A model generated the notes under the pieces. That model was given only the letters and a program-made list of their open reading frames with translations. It was not told where the DNA came from and made no database searches. The position numbers and the translations under genes are program-made. From Candidatus Marinacidobacterium sp. (GTDB lineage Bacteria > Acidobacteriota > Vicinamibacteria > Marinacidobacterales > Marinacidobacteraceae): 64,000 nt of DNA. The stretch is taken from NCBI GenBank assembly GCA_965220965.1, contig OZ244852.1:608001-672000 (forward strand), in the 5' to 3' direction. The first letter of the stretch is position 1. Each line of letters begins with the position of its first letter. Shown here piece by piece: positions 18,357 through 28,514 of this stretch.

Positions 18357-20550
18357 CCGGCGCCCCGATCCGCGTCGCTTCGGCGGTTTCGGCCGCCCGC
18401 CGCATCGTCTCCGCGGTGTTGCGCTCCCCGGTCCAGGCCTCGAACGCGGCCTCGGCCTGGAAGACCAGCATGGAGAGCCCGCCGACCGTCTTCTTCCCCA
18501 GTTCCTCCGCGCGCCGGAGGAGTCTGGTCCGCCGCGGCTGGTAGACGAGGTCGAAGATCAAGGCGTGCCCGGCGATGGCGGCGTCGGGCGCAGCCTGGGT
18601 CTCCGCGCCGCCAGCGGCGGCGCCGCGCATGCCGATCGGCGTGGCGTTCACCAGCAGGTCCCCGCCAAGACGCGCCCGGTCCGACCACGGCGCGTGCTCC
18701 ACCCCGAATTCGCTCGCCAGGCGCGAAGCCTTCCGGTCGCTCCGGGAGGTCACCACCGGCGCGGCCCCTTCGTCGAGGAGCGCGTAGAGGACGGCGCGCG
18801 CCGCTCCCCCGGCGCCGAAGACGCTCGCCCGGCGCTTGCGCAGCCGCCCGTGCGGGATCGCCTCCCGCAGGGCGCGGATCACCCCCAGCCAGTCCGTGTT
18901 GCGCCCTTCGAGAGCCCCGTCCACGGACACGATCGTATTCGCCGCTCCGATGCTCCGCGCGTCGTCGCGCAGGCGGTCGAGCAGCGGCGGGACGGCGGAC
19001 TTGTGGGGGATCGTGACATTCAGCCCGGCGGCGCCCATCAGCCGCGCCGCCATCAGGAAGGCCTCCAGTTCGGACGGCGGAACATCGAACGCCTGGTAGC
19101 AGGCTTCGATTCCGGTGCTCCGGAAAGCCGCCTCGTGCATCGGGGGGCTCAGGCTGTGTCCGACCGGATGGCCGATCACCCCGTGGACCGGGACGGGCGC
19201 CAGGAGCTTGCGGCCCCACCGGAGATGACGGCTTCGCACCTCCTCCGCATCCAGTTGGCCGGGGGCCACCGCGGCGCCTCCGGGGGGCGGCGCGAACGAG
19301 CCGAACGCGCTTCCGAGCGCGCCGCCCACCACGCGAAGCGCCTGACCGGCTTCCCCGAGCGCGACGCCCACGACGGGCGCGCGGCGGGAGGCCTGGCGCA
19401 CCCAGCGGGCGACCCTTCCGACCTCCGGCGCCGTTCGCGCGCGCATGGCGAGCTTCCGCACCGCCGGACCCGCGCCTCCGTCCATGGCGTCCATCGCTCC
19501 GGCGACCGCGTCCGGGTCCGCCGGGCAGCCGTCGATGTCGTGGAAGGATCCGAGAAGGCGGACGCCGGGCGCCGCCTCCCGAAGCAGCCGCGAGAGCGCC
19601 CCGCCGCGCTGGCGGTCGGCGGCGGCCTCGAGGTCCACCGTTCCCGCGCCGCAGCGGGCCGCGGTGAGGAGCAGTTGGGCGAGTTCCTCGCTGCCCCCCT
19701 GGAACGCTCCACCCTCCGCCGCGCTCCTCACGGTGACGATGAGCCGCGCGCGCCGCTCGCGCGGAAGCTCCCGGAGGACCGCCGCGAGGCGCTCCGGGCC
19801 CCCCGGGCGGAACAGATCCCAGCGCAGCTCGATCTGGTCGAGCGGTCCCGCTCCCCGGAACGCGGCCTCGATGGCGGCCCCGGGGCTTTCCTCCGGCCCG
19901 CCTCCGGCGATGACGGCGAGGCGCGGTCCGAAGTGAGCGGCCAGCAGCCGGTCGGCGGCCTCCCCCGGGCGGGTCTGGTCGAGGGCCTCGACGCTCCAGA
20001 GGTCGGCCTCGGCGGCCTCGCGGTAGCGCGGTGTGCGGCGCTCGAGCACGGCGGCGGCCTCGGCCTCCGGGTCCCCGGATCCCGGCAGCAGCGGAGGCCG
20101 GCGCGCGCGGTGTTTCGGCCGGGCGAGGCGCGCCTCCAGATACGCGAGGGGCGCCCGCACCCAGTAGACGGTCCCGAGCCCGCGCAGCAGCGGGAAGTTC
20201 GCCGCCCGCTCCACGATCCCTCCGCCGCAATCCACGACGAGGCCGGCGCCGCGGATCGACGCCAGCGCCGCGGTTTCCTCGTCCCGGAAGCGCTCCCAGC
20301 CGTGGCGCGCCACGAACTCGTGGATCGGGCCGAGCCGCGCCGTCAGCCCGTCGTCGGTGCTGATGCGCCGCCAGCCAATCCGGGCGGCGACGCGGCGCGC
20401 GGCCCGGCTCTTTCCCGAGGCCCGGGCGCCGATCAGCACGATGTTCGGGAAGCTCTCCGCCCGGAAGTCCCCGGTGGGGAAGTCCACCGACGGGAGATCC
20501 GGCGTCCGCGGCGGCTCGTTGCCGGCGCCGGGGCCGGGAGGGGTTGTCAC
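18346..20550 (-). CDS. Trifunctional shikimate kinase - type I 3-dehydroquinate dehydratase - shikimate dehydrogenase (AroK-AroD-AroE fusion)
   Basis: One open frame of about 734 aa: AroK ([24 protein letters not shown]), AroD ([33 protein letters not shown]), AroE ([34 protein letters not shown]). GTG start overlaps the aroA stop. Confidence 0.9.
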   Translation of the reverse strand: MTTPPGPGAGNEPPRTPDLPSVDFPTGDFRAESFPNIVLIGARASGKSRAARRVAARIGWRRISTDDGLTARLGPIHEFVARHGWERFRDEETAALASIRGAGLVVDCGGGIVERAANFPLLRGLGTVYWVRAPLAYLEARLARPKHRARRPPLLPGSGDPEAEAAAVLERRTPRYREAAEADLWSVEALDQTRPGEAADRLLAAHFGPRLAVIAGGGPEESPGAAIEAAFRGAGPLDQIELRWDLFRPGGPERLAAVLRELPRERRARLIVTVRSAAEGGAFQGGSEELAQLLLTAARCGAGTVDLEAAADRQRGGALSRLLREAAPGVRLLGSFHDIDGCPADPDAVAGAMDAMDGGAGPAVRKLAMRARTAPEVGRVARWVRQASRRAPVVGVALGEAGQALRVVGGALGSAFGSFAPPPGGAAVAPGQLDAEEVRSRHLRWGRKLLAPVPVHGVIGHPVGHSLSPPMHEAAFRSTGIEACYQAFDVPPSELEAFLMAARLMGAAGLNVTIPHKSAVPPLLDRLRDDARSIGAANTIVSVDGALEGRNTDWLGVIRALREAIPHGRLRKRRASVFGAGGAARAVLYALLDEGAAPVVTSRSDRKASRLASEFGVEHAPWSDRARLGGDLLVNATPIGMRGAAAGGAETQAAPDAAIAGHALIFDLVYQPRRTRLLRRAEELGKKTVGGLSMLVFQAEAAFEAWTGERNTAETMRRAAETAEATRIGAPDGG

Positions 20551-21875
20551 GCCTGGTCGTCCTCGTTCACCAGGGCGCCGAGGCCGGCGAGCGCCTTCCA
20601 GAAACCCGGGAAGGACTTCGCCACCACTTCCGGGGAGGAGACGCGCACTCCGCCCGGGATCCGCAGCCCGGTGAGAGCCAGCCCCATGGCGATGCGGTGA
20701 TCTCCCTCCGGGTCGACGGTGGCGGGCCGCAGCCTCGCGGGCCAGATCGTGAGGCTGTCGGCCGCGGTCTCGACCCGCGCGCCGAGGCGCCGGAGTCCGG
20801 CGGCGATCGCCTCGATCCGGTCGCTCTCCTTGTGCCGGAGATGCGCCACTCCGGTGATCCGCGTCGGCGCATCGGCGAACGGCGCCAGCGCGGCGAGCGT
20901 CGGGACCGCATCGGGCAGACGCCCCATGTCGACCTCGATCCCGGCGAGCCGCGGGGCGCCGGTGACCCGGAGCCGCCATCCGGACGACGTCGCGTCCTCC
21001 TCCACGTCGCAGCCCATCCGGCGGAGGAGGGCGGGGAACTCGCGCTCGCCCTGGGGAGAGTCGGGGTCGAGGCCGCGGATCTCGACCCGGCCCGGGGCGC
21101 CGTCAGGACCGCGCCCGAGGGCGGCCGCCGCCAGAAAGTAGCTGGCGGTCGTCCAGTCTCCTGAGACGCGGTGGATCCCGGGCCGGTAGCGCTCGGCCGC
21201 CGCCACCCGGAAACGGCGCGGCCCGTCCACTTCGACCCGGACACCGCAGCGCTCCATGACCCGGACCGTCAGGTCGAGGTAGGACCGGGACACCGGGTCC
21301 CCCGCCAGCTCCACTTCGACCGTCCCCGACGCCCGGGGCGCCGCGAGGAGGATGGCCGAGGCGAACTGGCTCGTCTGGTCCGCGGGGATGCGCGCCACTC
21401 CCCCGCGAAGCGTTCCGGAGCGCACTGTCAGCGGGGCGCCGCCGTCCCGCGTGCGGATCCGGGCGCCGAGGCTCTCGAGCGCCGCGACCAGACCGCGGAT
21501 CGGGCGCTCCCCGATGCGGCCCCGCCCGCGCAGCGTGACCGGCCGGGGAATCGTCGCGGAGGCGGCGGTCAGGAAGCGGAACAGCGTTCCCGACTCTCCC
21601 ACGGTGACGGCGATCTCTTCGAGCGGGGCGGAAGCGTCACCCGCCGAGGGCGCGCCGGTCACGACCAGCGCATCCCCGTCCTCCCGGATGTTCGCCCCGA
21701 TAGCGCCGATTGCGGCGGCGGCGATCCGGATGTCGTCCCCGTCGGGCAGCCCGAGAAGCCGGGTCTCGCCCTCGGTCAGCGCCGCAGCGATCAGCAGGCG
21801 ATTCGCTTCGTACTTGCTGCCCGGAACCCGGGCCGCCGCCCGAACCGGCGCCGGCCCGGGCGCCACCCGGGTCAC
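20547..21875 (-). CDS. aroA: 3-phosphoshikimate 1-carboxyvinyltransferase (EPSP synthase)
   Basis: PGSK...R, GESGTLFRFL, TSQFASAILL, LRHKESDRI, DHRIAM, KSFPGFW. Confidence 0.95.
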   Translation of the reverse strand: MTRVAPGPAPVRAAARVPGSKYEANRLLIAAALTEGETRLLGLPDGDDIRIAAAAIGAIGANIREDGDALVVTGAPSAGDASAPLEEIAVTVGESGTLFRFLTAASATIPRPVTLRGRGRIGERPIRGLVAALESLGARIRTRDGGAPLTVRSGTLRGGVARIPADQTSQFASAILLAAPRASGTVEVELAGDPVSRSYLDLTVRVMERCGVRVEVDGPRRFRVAAAERYRPGIHRVSGDWTTASYFLAAAALGRGPDGAPGRVEIRGLDPDSPQGEREFPALLRRMGCDVEEDATSSGWRLRVTGAPRLAGIEVDMGRLPDAVPTLAALAPFADAPTRITGVAHLRHKESDRIEAIAAGLRRLGARVETAADSLTIWPARLRPATVDPEGDHRIAMGLALTGLRIPGGVRVSSPEVVAKSFPGFWKALAGLGALVNEDDQA

Positions 21876-23008
21876 AGCCCGATCCGGCGCAGCCCGGCGT
21901 CGACCGCGTCCCCGGACACCGGGAACGCGTAGCGGCGGGCGCCATCGGCCTCTTCGCTGTGCGCCCGACCCACGGCGGCGAGCAGGACGAACCGGGCTCT
22001 TCCGCCGCGCGCCTTCTTGTCGCTGCGGATGCCGTCGAGCACCGCCTCGCGCGTCACCCCGGCCGGCGCGCGCGAGGGGAGCCCCACCGCTTCGAGGAGC
22101 GCGACGACCCTGGCCTCGTCCGCCTCGGACAGCAGACCCTCGGCGCGGGCGATACGGCTCTCGGCGACGATGCCGGTGGCGACCGCGGCGCCGTGCGGCA
22201 GCCGGTACCCGGAGGCGAGCTCGAGGCCGTGCCCCACGGTGTGGCCGAAGTTGAGGACCTCGCGGAGCCCGGCCTCCTGTTCGTCGGTGCGGACGACGCC
22301 CGTCTTGATCCGGACGCTGGCGGCGACGAGCCGGGTCAGCGCGCCCGTCTCGCGGCGGAGCAGCGGGTCCAGGTCGGCCTCGAACCGGGCGAATGCCCCG
22401 GCGTCGCTGGTGGCGGCCATCTTGAACGCCTCGGCGAGCCCGTTCCGGTACTCGGCGTCAGGAAGCGTTCCGAAGAACCCGGTGTCGGCGAAGACCGCCA
22501 CCGGCTGCCGGAACGCGCCGATCAGGTTCTTCCCCCAGGGGGTGTTCACGCCGGTCTTTCCGCCGACCGAAGCGTCCACCGCCGCCAGCAGCGTCGTGGG
22601 AACGGCCACGAAGGGCGCCCCCCGCAGGTAGGTCGCGGCCACGAACGCCGCCAGGTCGCTGACCACGCCCCCGCCGAAGCTCACGATGACGGTGTCGCGT
22701 CCCAGGTGGCGCGCGAGCAGTTCGTCCTCGATCCGTTCCTTCCGCCGCCGGGTCTTGTGCTCTTCTCCCGAGGGGACTTCCACCACGGTCGATCCGGACG
22801 GCAGGGCGGCCTCCAGCCGGTCGCGGTGGAGGGCGAGCGCTCCCGCGTCCGCGATCGCCGCGACCCGCCAGCCGGGGAACCGGTCCCGCAGCAGGTCGGG
22901 CAACCCGAGGATCGCGCCGGCGCCGGCGACCACCTCGCAGAAAGCGTCCCTCCGCGGGACGCGGACCTCGACGCGGGAGAGGCCGGAGGTCGCGCTTCCC
23001 CTGCTCAC
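21872..23008 (-). CDS. aroB: 3-dehydroquinate synthase
   Basis: PSGEEHKT, GGGVVSDL, PTTLLAAVDASVGGKTGVN, LNFGHTVGH, HGAAVA. GTG start at 23008. Confidence 0.95.
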   Translation of the reverse strand: MSRGSATSGLSRVEVRVPRRDAFCEVVAGAGAILGLPDLLRDRFPGWRVAAIADAGALALHRDRLEAALPSGSTVVEVPSGEEHKTRRRKERIEDELLARHLGRDTVIVSFGGGVVSDLAAFVAATYLRGAPFVAVPTTLLAAVDASVGGKTGVNTPWGKNLIGAFRQPVAVFADTGFFGTLPDAEYRNGLAEAFKMAATSDAGAFARFEADLDPLLRRETGALTRLVAASVRIKTGVVRTDEQEAGLREVLNFGHTVGHGLELASGYRLPHGAAVATGIVAESRIARAEGLLSEADEARVVALLEAVGLPSRAPAGVTREAVLDGIRSDKKARGGRARFVLLAAVGRAHSEEADGARRYAFPVSGDAVDAGLRRIGL

Positions 23009-24114
23009 CCGAGCGGCAGGCGCTCTCCCGCTCCGGTGTCGGGCGGGCCTCCCACCGGGAGCCCGGGAGCTGTCGGCAGGTTCCGCTTGAGCGCCTTCGC
23101 CACCGCCCGCAGGTCTCCCATCAGGTCCGCGAACTGGTCGGGGTAGAGCGACTGGGCGCCGTCGCTGAGCGCTTCCGCCGGGTTCGGGTGGACCTCGATG
23201 ATGAGTCCGTCGGCGCCGGCGGCGACCGCCGCCAGCGAGAGCGCCGGCACCAGGCTCTTGTTCCCGGCGGCGTGGCTCGGATCGGCGATCACCGGAAGGT
23301 GCGTCTCCTGCTTCAGCACTCCGATCGCGCCGACATCGAGCGTATTGCGGTACGCGGTCTCGAACGAGCGGATGCCCCGCTCGCACAGGATGACGCGCTC
23401 GTTCCCCTGCAGGATGTACTCGGCGGCGAGCAGGAACTCGCGGATCGTGTTCGCCGCCCCGCGCTTCAGGATGACGGGAACATCGACCAGCGCCATTTCC
23501 CGGAGCAGGTCGAAGTTCTGCATGTTGCGCGCGCCGATCCGGACGACGTCCACCAGCTCGGCGGCGATCTCGACGTCACGCACATCCATGACCTCGGTCT
23601 CGACGAGCACGCCGGTCGCCTCCCGGATCCGCTTCAGCATCCGGAGCCCGTCCCGCCCGAGACCCTGGAACGAATACGGCGACGTGCGCGGCTTGAACGC
23701 CGAAGCGCGCATGACCTCGAGGCCGAGCGAGCGAACCATCCGCGCCGACGCGAGCCCCTGCTCCTCGTTCTCGAGCGCGCAGGGTCCGGCGATGACCAGC
23801 AGGTCCCGCGATCCGAGGGTCTGGGTTCCGATTTCGATCCGGGTGTTCGAGCGATGGTGCGTCTTGTTCGCGAGCCGGTACGGCTTGGGCAGCCCGTAGA
23901 CCGCCTTCACGGCGGGCTGGGTCCGCCAGTCCGCCTCGATCTCCCCGGAGAGGTCTCCCAGCACGTGGATCTGGGTGCGCACCGCTGCGTGGTGCACCGC
24001 GTAGTCGAGGGCCTTCGCCTCGATCTGGCGGCCGAGGTGCTCGATGTCCTCGGCGGTGGCGCCCTGGTGCAGGATGAGCACCATGGTGGCGGGCTCGGTG
24101 GAACGTGGGCTCAT
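23005..24114 (-). CDS. aroF: DAHP synthase class I-beta with N-terminal regulatory domain
   Basis: IAGPCALE, AFKPRTSPYSFQG, IGARNMQNF, LKRG, CERGIR, DPSHA. Confidence 0.93.
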   Translation of the reverse strand: MSPRSTEPATMVLILHQGATAEDIEHLGRQIEAKALDYAVHHAAVRTQIHVLGDLSGEIEADWRTQPAVKAVYGLPKPYRLANKTHHRSNTRIEIGTQTLGSRDLLVIAGPCALENEEQGLASARMVRSLGLEVMRASAFKPRTSPYSFQGLGRDGLRMLKRIREATGVLVETEVMDVRDVEIAAELVDVVRIGARNMQNFDLLREMALVDVPVILKRGAANTIREFLLAAEYILQGNERVILCERGIRSFETAYRNTLDVGAIGVLKQETHLPVIADPSHAAGNKSLVPALSLAAVAAGADGLIIEVHPNPAEALSDGAQSLYPDQFADLMGDLRAVAKALKRNLPTAPGLPVGGPPDTGAGERLPLG

Positions 24115-24148
24115 GAGACGGGCCGGACCTTCGTCCGGACGCGGCCGA

Positions 24149-24718
24149 TCAGGCGGTCAGGTCGAGGAAGTTCTCCATCAGCCGACGGCCGGCGGGCGTC
24201 AGGATGGACTCGGGGTGGAACTGTACGCCCCACATCGGGGCCGCGCGATGGCGAACCGCCATGACCTCGTCGTCGTCTTCGGCTCGGGCGGTGACTTCGA
24301 ACTCCGGCGGGAGGGGTTCGTTCGCCGCGAGCGAGTGATAGCGCGCCGCGGGAAACGGGTTTTCCACCCCGGCGAAGAGCCCCTTCGCGTCGTGGCGCAC
24401 CAGCGACGTCTTCCCGTGGACGAGGCGCCGGGCCCGTCCGATCGTTCCGGCGAACGCCTGGACGAGCGACTGGTGGCCGAGGCAGACCCCGAGGACGGGA
24501 ACTTCGCCAGCGAATCGGCGCGCGAGTTCCACCGAGATGCCCGCCTTGTCCGGGGTGCAGGGGCCGGGCGAGATCACGACGCGCGCGGGCCGGAGGGCGG
24601 CGGCCTCCTCCACGGTGAGCCGGTCGTTCCGCACGACTTCCGGCTCGGCGCCCAGTTCTCCGAGGAGCTGCACGAGATTCCAGGTGAACGAGTCGTAGTT
24701 GTCGAGGACGAGGGTCAC
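24149..24718 (-). CDS. trpG: Anthranilate synthase component II / glutamine amidotransferase (TrpG/PabA)
   Basis: LDNYDSFTWNL, ISPGP, LGVCLGHQ, RYHSL, QFHPES. Confidence 0.9.
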   Translation of the reverse strand: MTLVLDNYDSFTWNLVQLLGELGAEPEVVRNDRLTVEEAAALRPARVVISPGPCTPDKAGISVELARRFAGEVPVLGVCLGHQSLVQAFAGTIGRARRLVHGKTSLVRHDAKGLFAGVENPFPAARYHSLAANEPLPPEFEVTARAEDDDEVMAVRHRAAPMWGVQFHPESILTPAGRRLMENFLDLTA

Positions 24719-24730
24719 GACGGTTCCGGC

Positions 24731-26236
24731 TCAGGTGAGTCCCTCGTGGGCCATGCGCAGCGCGGTGAGCACCGCGTCGGCCTTCTGGCGGGTCTCTTCG
24801 AATTCGGCTTCCGGGTCCGAGTCGGCGACGACCCCGCCCCCGGCCTGGAAGTAGGCCATCCCGCCGGTGGCGACCAGCGTCCGGATGGCGATCGCGGTGT
24901 CCGAGGCGCCGCTCCATGAGAAGTAGCCGACCGCGCCTCCGTACACCCCGCGCCGCTCCGTCTCGAGCTCGTCAATGATCTCCATCGCGCGGATCTTGGG
25001 CGCCCCGGTGAGCGTCCCGGCAGGGAACGTAGCGCGCAGCGCGTCGAAGGCGTCGAGCCCCGGACGCAGCCGCCCCCGCACCCGGGATACGAGATGCATG
25101 ACGTGGGAGTAGCGCTCGATCTCGGAGAACGCCTCGACTCTCACATCCCCGAAGCCGGCGATGCGGCCGATGTCGTTGCGGGCGAGGTCCACCAGCATCA
25201 CGTGCTCGGCGCGTTCCTTCTCGTCGGCCAGCAGGTCGCGCTCGAGCGCCTCGTCCCGGACCGGGTCGTCGTGGCGGGGCCGGGTCCCGGCGATCGGGCG
25301 GGTCTCGACGACCCCGTCCTGGGTCCGGGTCATCATCTCCGGTGAAGCGCCCGCGACGACCAGGTCCCCGAAGTCCAGGTAGTACATGTAGGGGGAGGGG
25401 TTGACGACCCGCAGCGCCCGGTAGAAGTCGAAGGGCTCGACGGTGAGCGGCGTCCGGAAGCGCCGCGAGGGGACGACCTGGATGATGTCGCCGGCGGCGA
25501 CGTAGTCCTTGGCCCGGCGCACGCGGTCGAGGTACGCCTCGCGGCTCAGGTCCGATGTGGGCTCAGGGAATGGCGGTATCCGCCGCGGGACCGCGCGCGC
25601 GGTCTCCGGGAGCGCGGCCCAGAGTCTCCTCACTTCGGCCTCGAGCTCGGCCGCCGCGCGGTCGTAGGCAACGTCGGGGTCCTCGCCGGGCCGAAGGATG
25701 GTGTTCGACACGACCTGGATGACGCTGCGGGCGTGATCGAAGACGACGACCGCCCCGCTGAGGAGGAACGCGGCGTCCGGCAGCCCGAGCGAATCCTCCA
25801 CCGTGTCCGGGAGCCTCTCGAAGCGCCGGACGGCGTCGTAGCCGAGGTATCCGACGAGTCCCCCGTGAAACGGCGGGAGCCCCTCCGGCTCGGCGGGGCG
25901 CGATTCCGCCAGCACCTCCCGGAGGGCGTCCAACGGGTCGCGGCTGGTTGTCGTCCGGACCTGGCCGTCGGGGAGAGCGCGCCGGGTGATCTGCTCCCCG
26001 CGCACTTCGACGATCTCCCGGGGACGGGACCCGAGGAAGGAGTAGCGGGCCACCGTCTCCCCGCCCTCGACCGACTCCATGAGGAACGAGGGGCCGCCAT
26101 CGGCCAGCCGCAGGAAGCTGGACACCGGGGTGTCGCAGTCCGCGACGATGCGTCGCCACACCGGGATCAGGTTCCCCTGCTTCGCGAGCCGCCGGAAATC
26201 GGCCCTCGAAGGCGTCAGATCCCCGGTGCGCCGCAT
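24731..26236 (-). CDS. trpE: Anthranilate synthase component I
   Basis: FLMESVEGG, NPSPYMYY, GASPE, PIAGTRPR, EHVMLVDLARND, GTLTGAPK, YGGAVG. Confidence 0.9.
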   Translation of the reverse strand: MRRTGDLTPSRADFRRLAKQGNLIPVWRRIVADCDTPVSSFLRLADGGPSFLMESVEGGETVARYSFLGSRPREIVEVRGEQITRRALPDGQVRTTTSRDPLDALREVLAESRPAEPEGLPPFHGGLVGYLGYDAVRRFERLPDTVEDSLGLPDAAFLLSGAVVVFDHARSVIQVVSNTILRPGEDPDVAYDRAAAELEAEVRRLWAALPETARAVPRRIPPFPEPTSDLSREAYLDRVRRAKDYVAAGDIIQVVPSRRFRTPLTVEPFDFYRALRVVNPSPYMYYLDFGDLVVAGASPEMMTRTQDGVVETRPIAGTRPRHDDPVRDEALERDLLADEKERAEHVMLVDLARNDIGRIAGFGDVRVEAFSEIERYSHVMHLVSRVRGRLRPGLDAFDALRATFPAGTLTGAPKIRAMEIIDELETERRGVYGGAVGYFSWSGASDTAIAIRTLVATGGMAYFQAGGGVVADSDPEAEFEETRQKADAVLTALRMAHEGLT

Positions 26237-26244
26237 GGGCCGGG

Positions 26245-26299
26245 AGTCTAGGTTCGGGAGACCGGATCGTCACGGCCGCGCCATCCGGCTCACTAACAT
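26245..26299. promoter_or_regulatory. Back-to-back putative -10 hexamers for divergent, probably leaderless trpE and tyrA transcripts
   Basis: TAGACT (minus, 26245-26250) 8 nt before the trpE ATG; TAACAT (plus, 26294-26299) 6 nt before the tyrA ATG. No SD sequence in the spacers. Confidence 0.5.
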
Positions 26300-26305
26300 T
26301 CCCGA

Positions 26306-27427
26306 ATGTCGCTGGAGGCGCTCCGGGACCGCGTCGCCCAGGCGGACCGGGACCTTCTCGACGCGTGGGCGCGTCGGGAGGAGGCGGTCCGGGCGCTCGG
26401 GCGGCTGAAGGCGGAACGCGGCCTTCCCATCCACGACCCGCAGCAGGAGGGACCGGTCTTCGAGCGGGCCCGCGTGCGCGCCGAGCGCCGGGGGCTTCCC
26501 CCGGACGCCGTGGAAGAGGTCATCGGGGTCATCATGCGGACCTCGTTGGCCCGCCAGGAGACGATCCGCGTGCGGTCGCGCCGGTCGGGCGCGGGCCGGA
26601 AGGCGCTGGTGATCGGCGGTGGGGGCCGGATGGGGCGGTGGTTTTGTCGTTTCCTTGCGGATCAGGCGTATTCGGTCACGGTCGCGGACCCGGGGGGCGC
26701 TCCTCCCGACACCCCGCAACTCCGCGACTGGCGGGATGCGCGCGGCGAATCCTGGGACGTCACGGTCGTGGCCGCGCCGATCCTGGTGTCCGCGGACATT
26801 CTCGCGGCGATGGCCGAGACTGGATGGCCGGGACTGGTGTTCGACATCGGGTCGGTCAAGGCTCCCCTCGCGCCGGCGCTGGGACGGCTCGCGAGCCGGG
26901 GAGTCCGGACCGCTTCGGTCCACCCGATGTTCGGACCGCACGCCATCCTTCTCCACGGGCGGCACATCCTCGTCATGGATGCGGGCAGCCCGGAGGCCGC
27001 CGATGAGGCGGAGGCCCTCTTCGGCGAAACGATGGCGGAGATCCTCCGGCTCCCGCTCGAACAGCACGATCCGCTCATCGCGTATGTCCTGGGCCTCTCC
27101 CACGCCCTGAACCTCGCCTTCCTCGAGGCGCTTCGCAACAGCGGCGAGCAGGCGCCGCAGCTCGCCCGGATCTCGAGCGTCACGTTCGACCGCCAGTTGC
27201 GGGTGTCCGCGGCCGTGGCCGCGGAGAATCCGCATCTCTATTACGAGATCCAGCGGCTCAACCCGGATGGCCAGCGGGCGCTCGCCGGCCTCGCCGAGGC
27301 GGTATCCCGTATCCGGGCCGCCGTCGGCGACGCCCGCGAGGGGGCGTTCGTTGGCCTGATGGAGAGCGGACGCGAGTGGGTGAGCTCCCGCCGCGCGCCG
27401 GGGTCCCGTCGCGTCGCCGAGTCCTGA
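26306..27427 (+). CDS. tyrA: Bifunctional chorismate mutase / prephenate dehydrogenase
   Basis: AroQ-type CM (LEALRDRVAQADRDL...GRLKAERG), Rossmann IGGGGRMG, DIGSVK, HPMFGP, HD...YVLGLSH. Confidence 0.9.
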   Translation: MSLEALRDRVAQADRDLLDAWARREEAVRALGRLKAERGLPIHDPQQEGPVFERARVRAERRGLPPDAVEEVIGVIMRTSLARQETIRVRSRRSGAGRKALVIGGGGRMGRWFCRFLADQAYSVTVADPGGAPPDTPQLRDWRDARGESWDVTVVAAPILVSADILAAMAETGWPGLVFDIGSVKAPLAPALGRLASRGVRTASVHPMFGPHAILLHGRHILVMDAGSPEAADEAEALFGETMAEILRLPLEQHDPLIAYVLGLSHALNLAFLEALRNSGEQAPQLARISSVTFDRQLRVSAAVAAENPHLYYEIQRLNPDGQRALAGLAEAVSRIRAAVGDAREGAFVGLMESGREWVSSRRAPGSRRVAES

Positions 27428-27455
27428 AGAGGCGGCGGCCCGCCGCGCCGGGCTG

Positions 27456-28514
27456 CTACCGCGGCCGCTCCGCCGCCAGTCGCGCGATCCGGTCGCAGAA
27501 CTCGGGGAACCCGATCCCCACGCACGCCGCCGACTGGGGAAGCAGGCTCCTGGTCGTCATCCCGGGCAGGGTGTTCGCTTCCAGCACCGACGGCTCCCCG
27601 TCGGCGTCCAGCCGGAAATCCACCCGCGAGAAATCCCTGAGCCCCAGCGCGCGGTGGGTCCCGAGGGCCAGCTCCGCGAGACGGGTCCGGAGGGCTGCCG
27701 GGATGTCCGCCGGGAAGATCTCGTCGGCGAGCCCCGGGGTGTACTTGGCGTGGTAGTCGAAGAGGCCGCCGTGGGCGACGATTTCCCCGACTCCCAACGG
27801 CTCGAGATCGGGTCCGCCGGCGCCCACCACTCCCACGGTGAACTCCCGGCCGGGCAGCATCGCCTCGACGAGCGCCAGACTGTCGTGTCGGCGCGCCTCC
27901 GCCACCGCGGCCCGCACCTCCTCCCAGGACTTCGCCATCCGCAGGCCGACCGAGGACCCCACCTGCGACGGCTTCACGATCACGGGAAGCCCGAGCGCGT
28001 CGATCTCGCTTCGCCACGGCGTCGGGTCGTCGCGGTCGCAGACCACGAACCGGGCGGTCGGGATCCCCGCGCCCCGAAGCACCCGTTTCGCGGCCGCCTT
28101 CTCCATCGCGAGGGCGCTCGCCAGCACGCCGCTGCCGGTGTAGGGGCGGTCCCCCAGCTCGAGGAGCGCCTGGAGTCGTCCCCCCTCGCCGTCCAGACCG
28201 TGGAGAACGAGGAAGGCCACGTCCGCGGAGCGCACCGCGGCTAAGCGGAGGAGCCCGGGAACATCCTCGCGCTCCCGCAGGCGGGCGAGCTCCTCGGCCG
28301 ATGGCGGCCGGCGTCCCACCCGGAGGGCCAGGTGGTGACCCTCGCTCTCGGGGTCGAGTTCGCCCCGCACCGTGTCCACCGCGGTCACCGCGTGGCCCGC
28401 CGCCCGCAGCGCCCGCAGGACCTCGCCACCCCCGGCGAGCGCCACTTCGCGTTCGGGAGTCGTGCCCCCGGTGATCAGAACGATCCGCAGCGGACCGCCT
28501 CGGTCGACGCTCAC
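27456..28514 (-). CDS. ddl: D-alanine--D-alanine ligase
   Basis: GGTTPEREV, LHGLDGEGG, YTGSG, VKPSQVGSSVG, FDYHAKY, SRVDFR, EANTLPGMT. Confidence 0.93.
   Translation of the reverse strand: MSVDRGGPLRIVLITGGTTPEREVALAGGGEVLRALRAAGHAVTAVDTVRGELDPESEGHHLALRVGRRPPSAEELARLREREDVPGLLRLAAVRSADVAFLVLHGLDGEGGRLQALLELGDRPYTGSGVLASALAMEKAAAKRVLRGAGIPTARFVVCDRDDPTPWRSEIDALGLPVIVKPSQVGSSVGLRMAKSWEEVRAAVAEARRHDSLALVEAMLPGREFTVGVVGAGGPDLEPLGVGEIVAHGGLFDYHAKYTPGLADEIFPADIPAALRTRLAELALGTHRALGLRDFSRVDFRLDADGEPSVLEANTLPGMTTRSLLPQSAACVGIGFPEFCDRIARLAAERPR

Noticed and set aside
20547-21875. aroB-aroA-aroKDE as one AROM gene broken by sequencing frameshifts
   Set aside because: Both junctions are ordinary GTGA stop/start overlaps like others in the window, so separate genes are more parsimonious. 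Checking reads would settle it.
26237-26305. trp attenuator or leader peptide upstream of trpE
   Set aside because: Only 69 bp separate the divergent starts, with no Trp-codon leader ORF or terminator hairpin.
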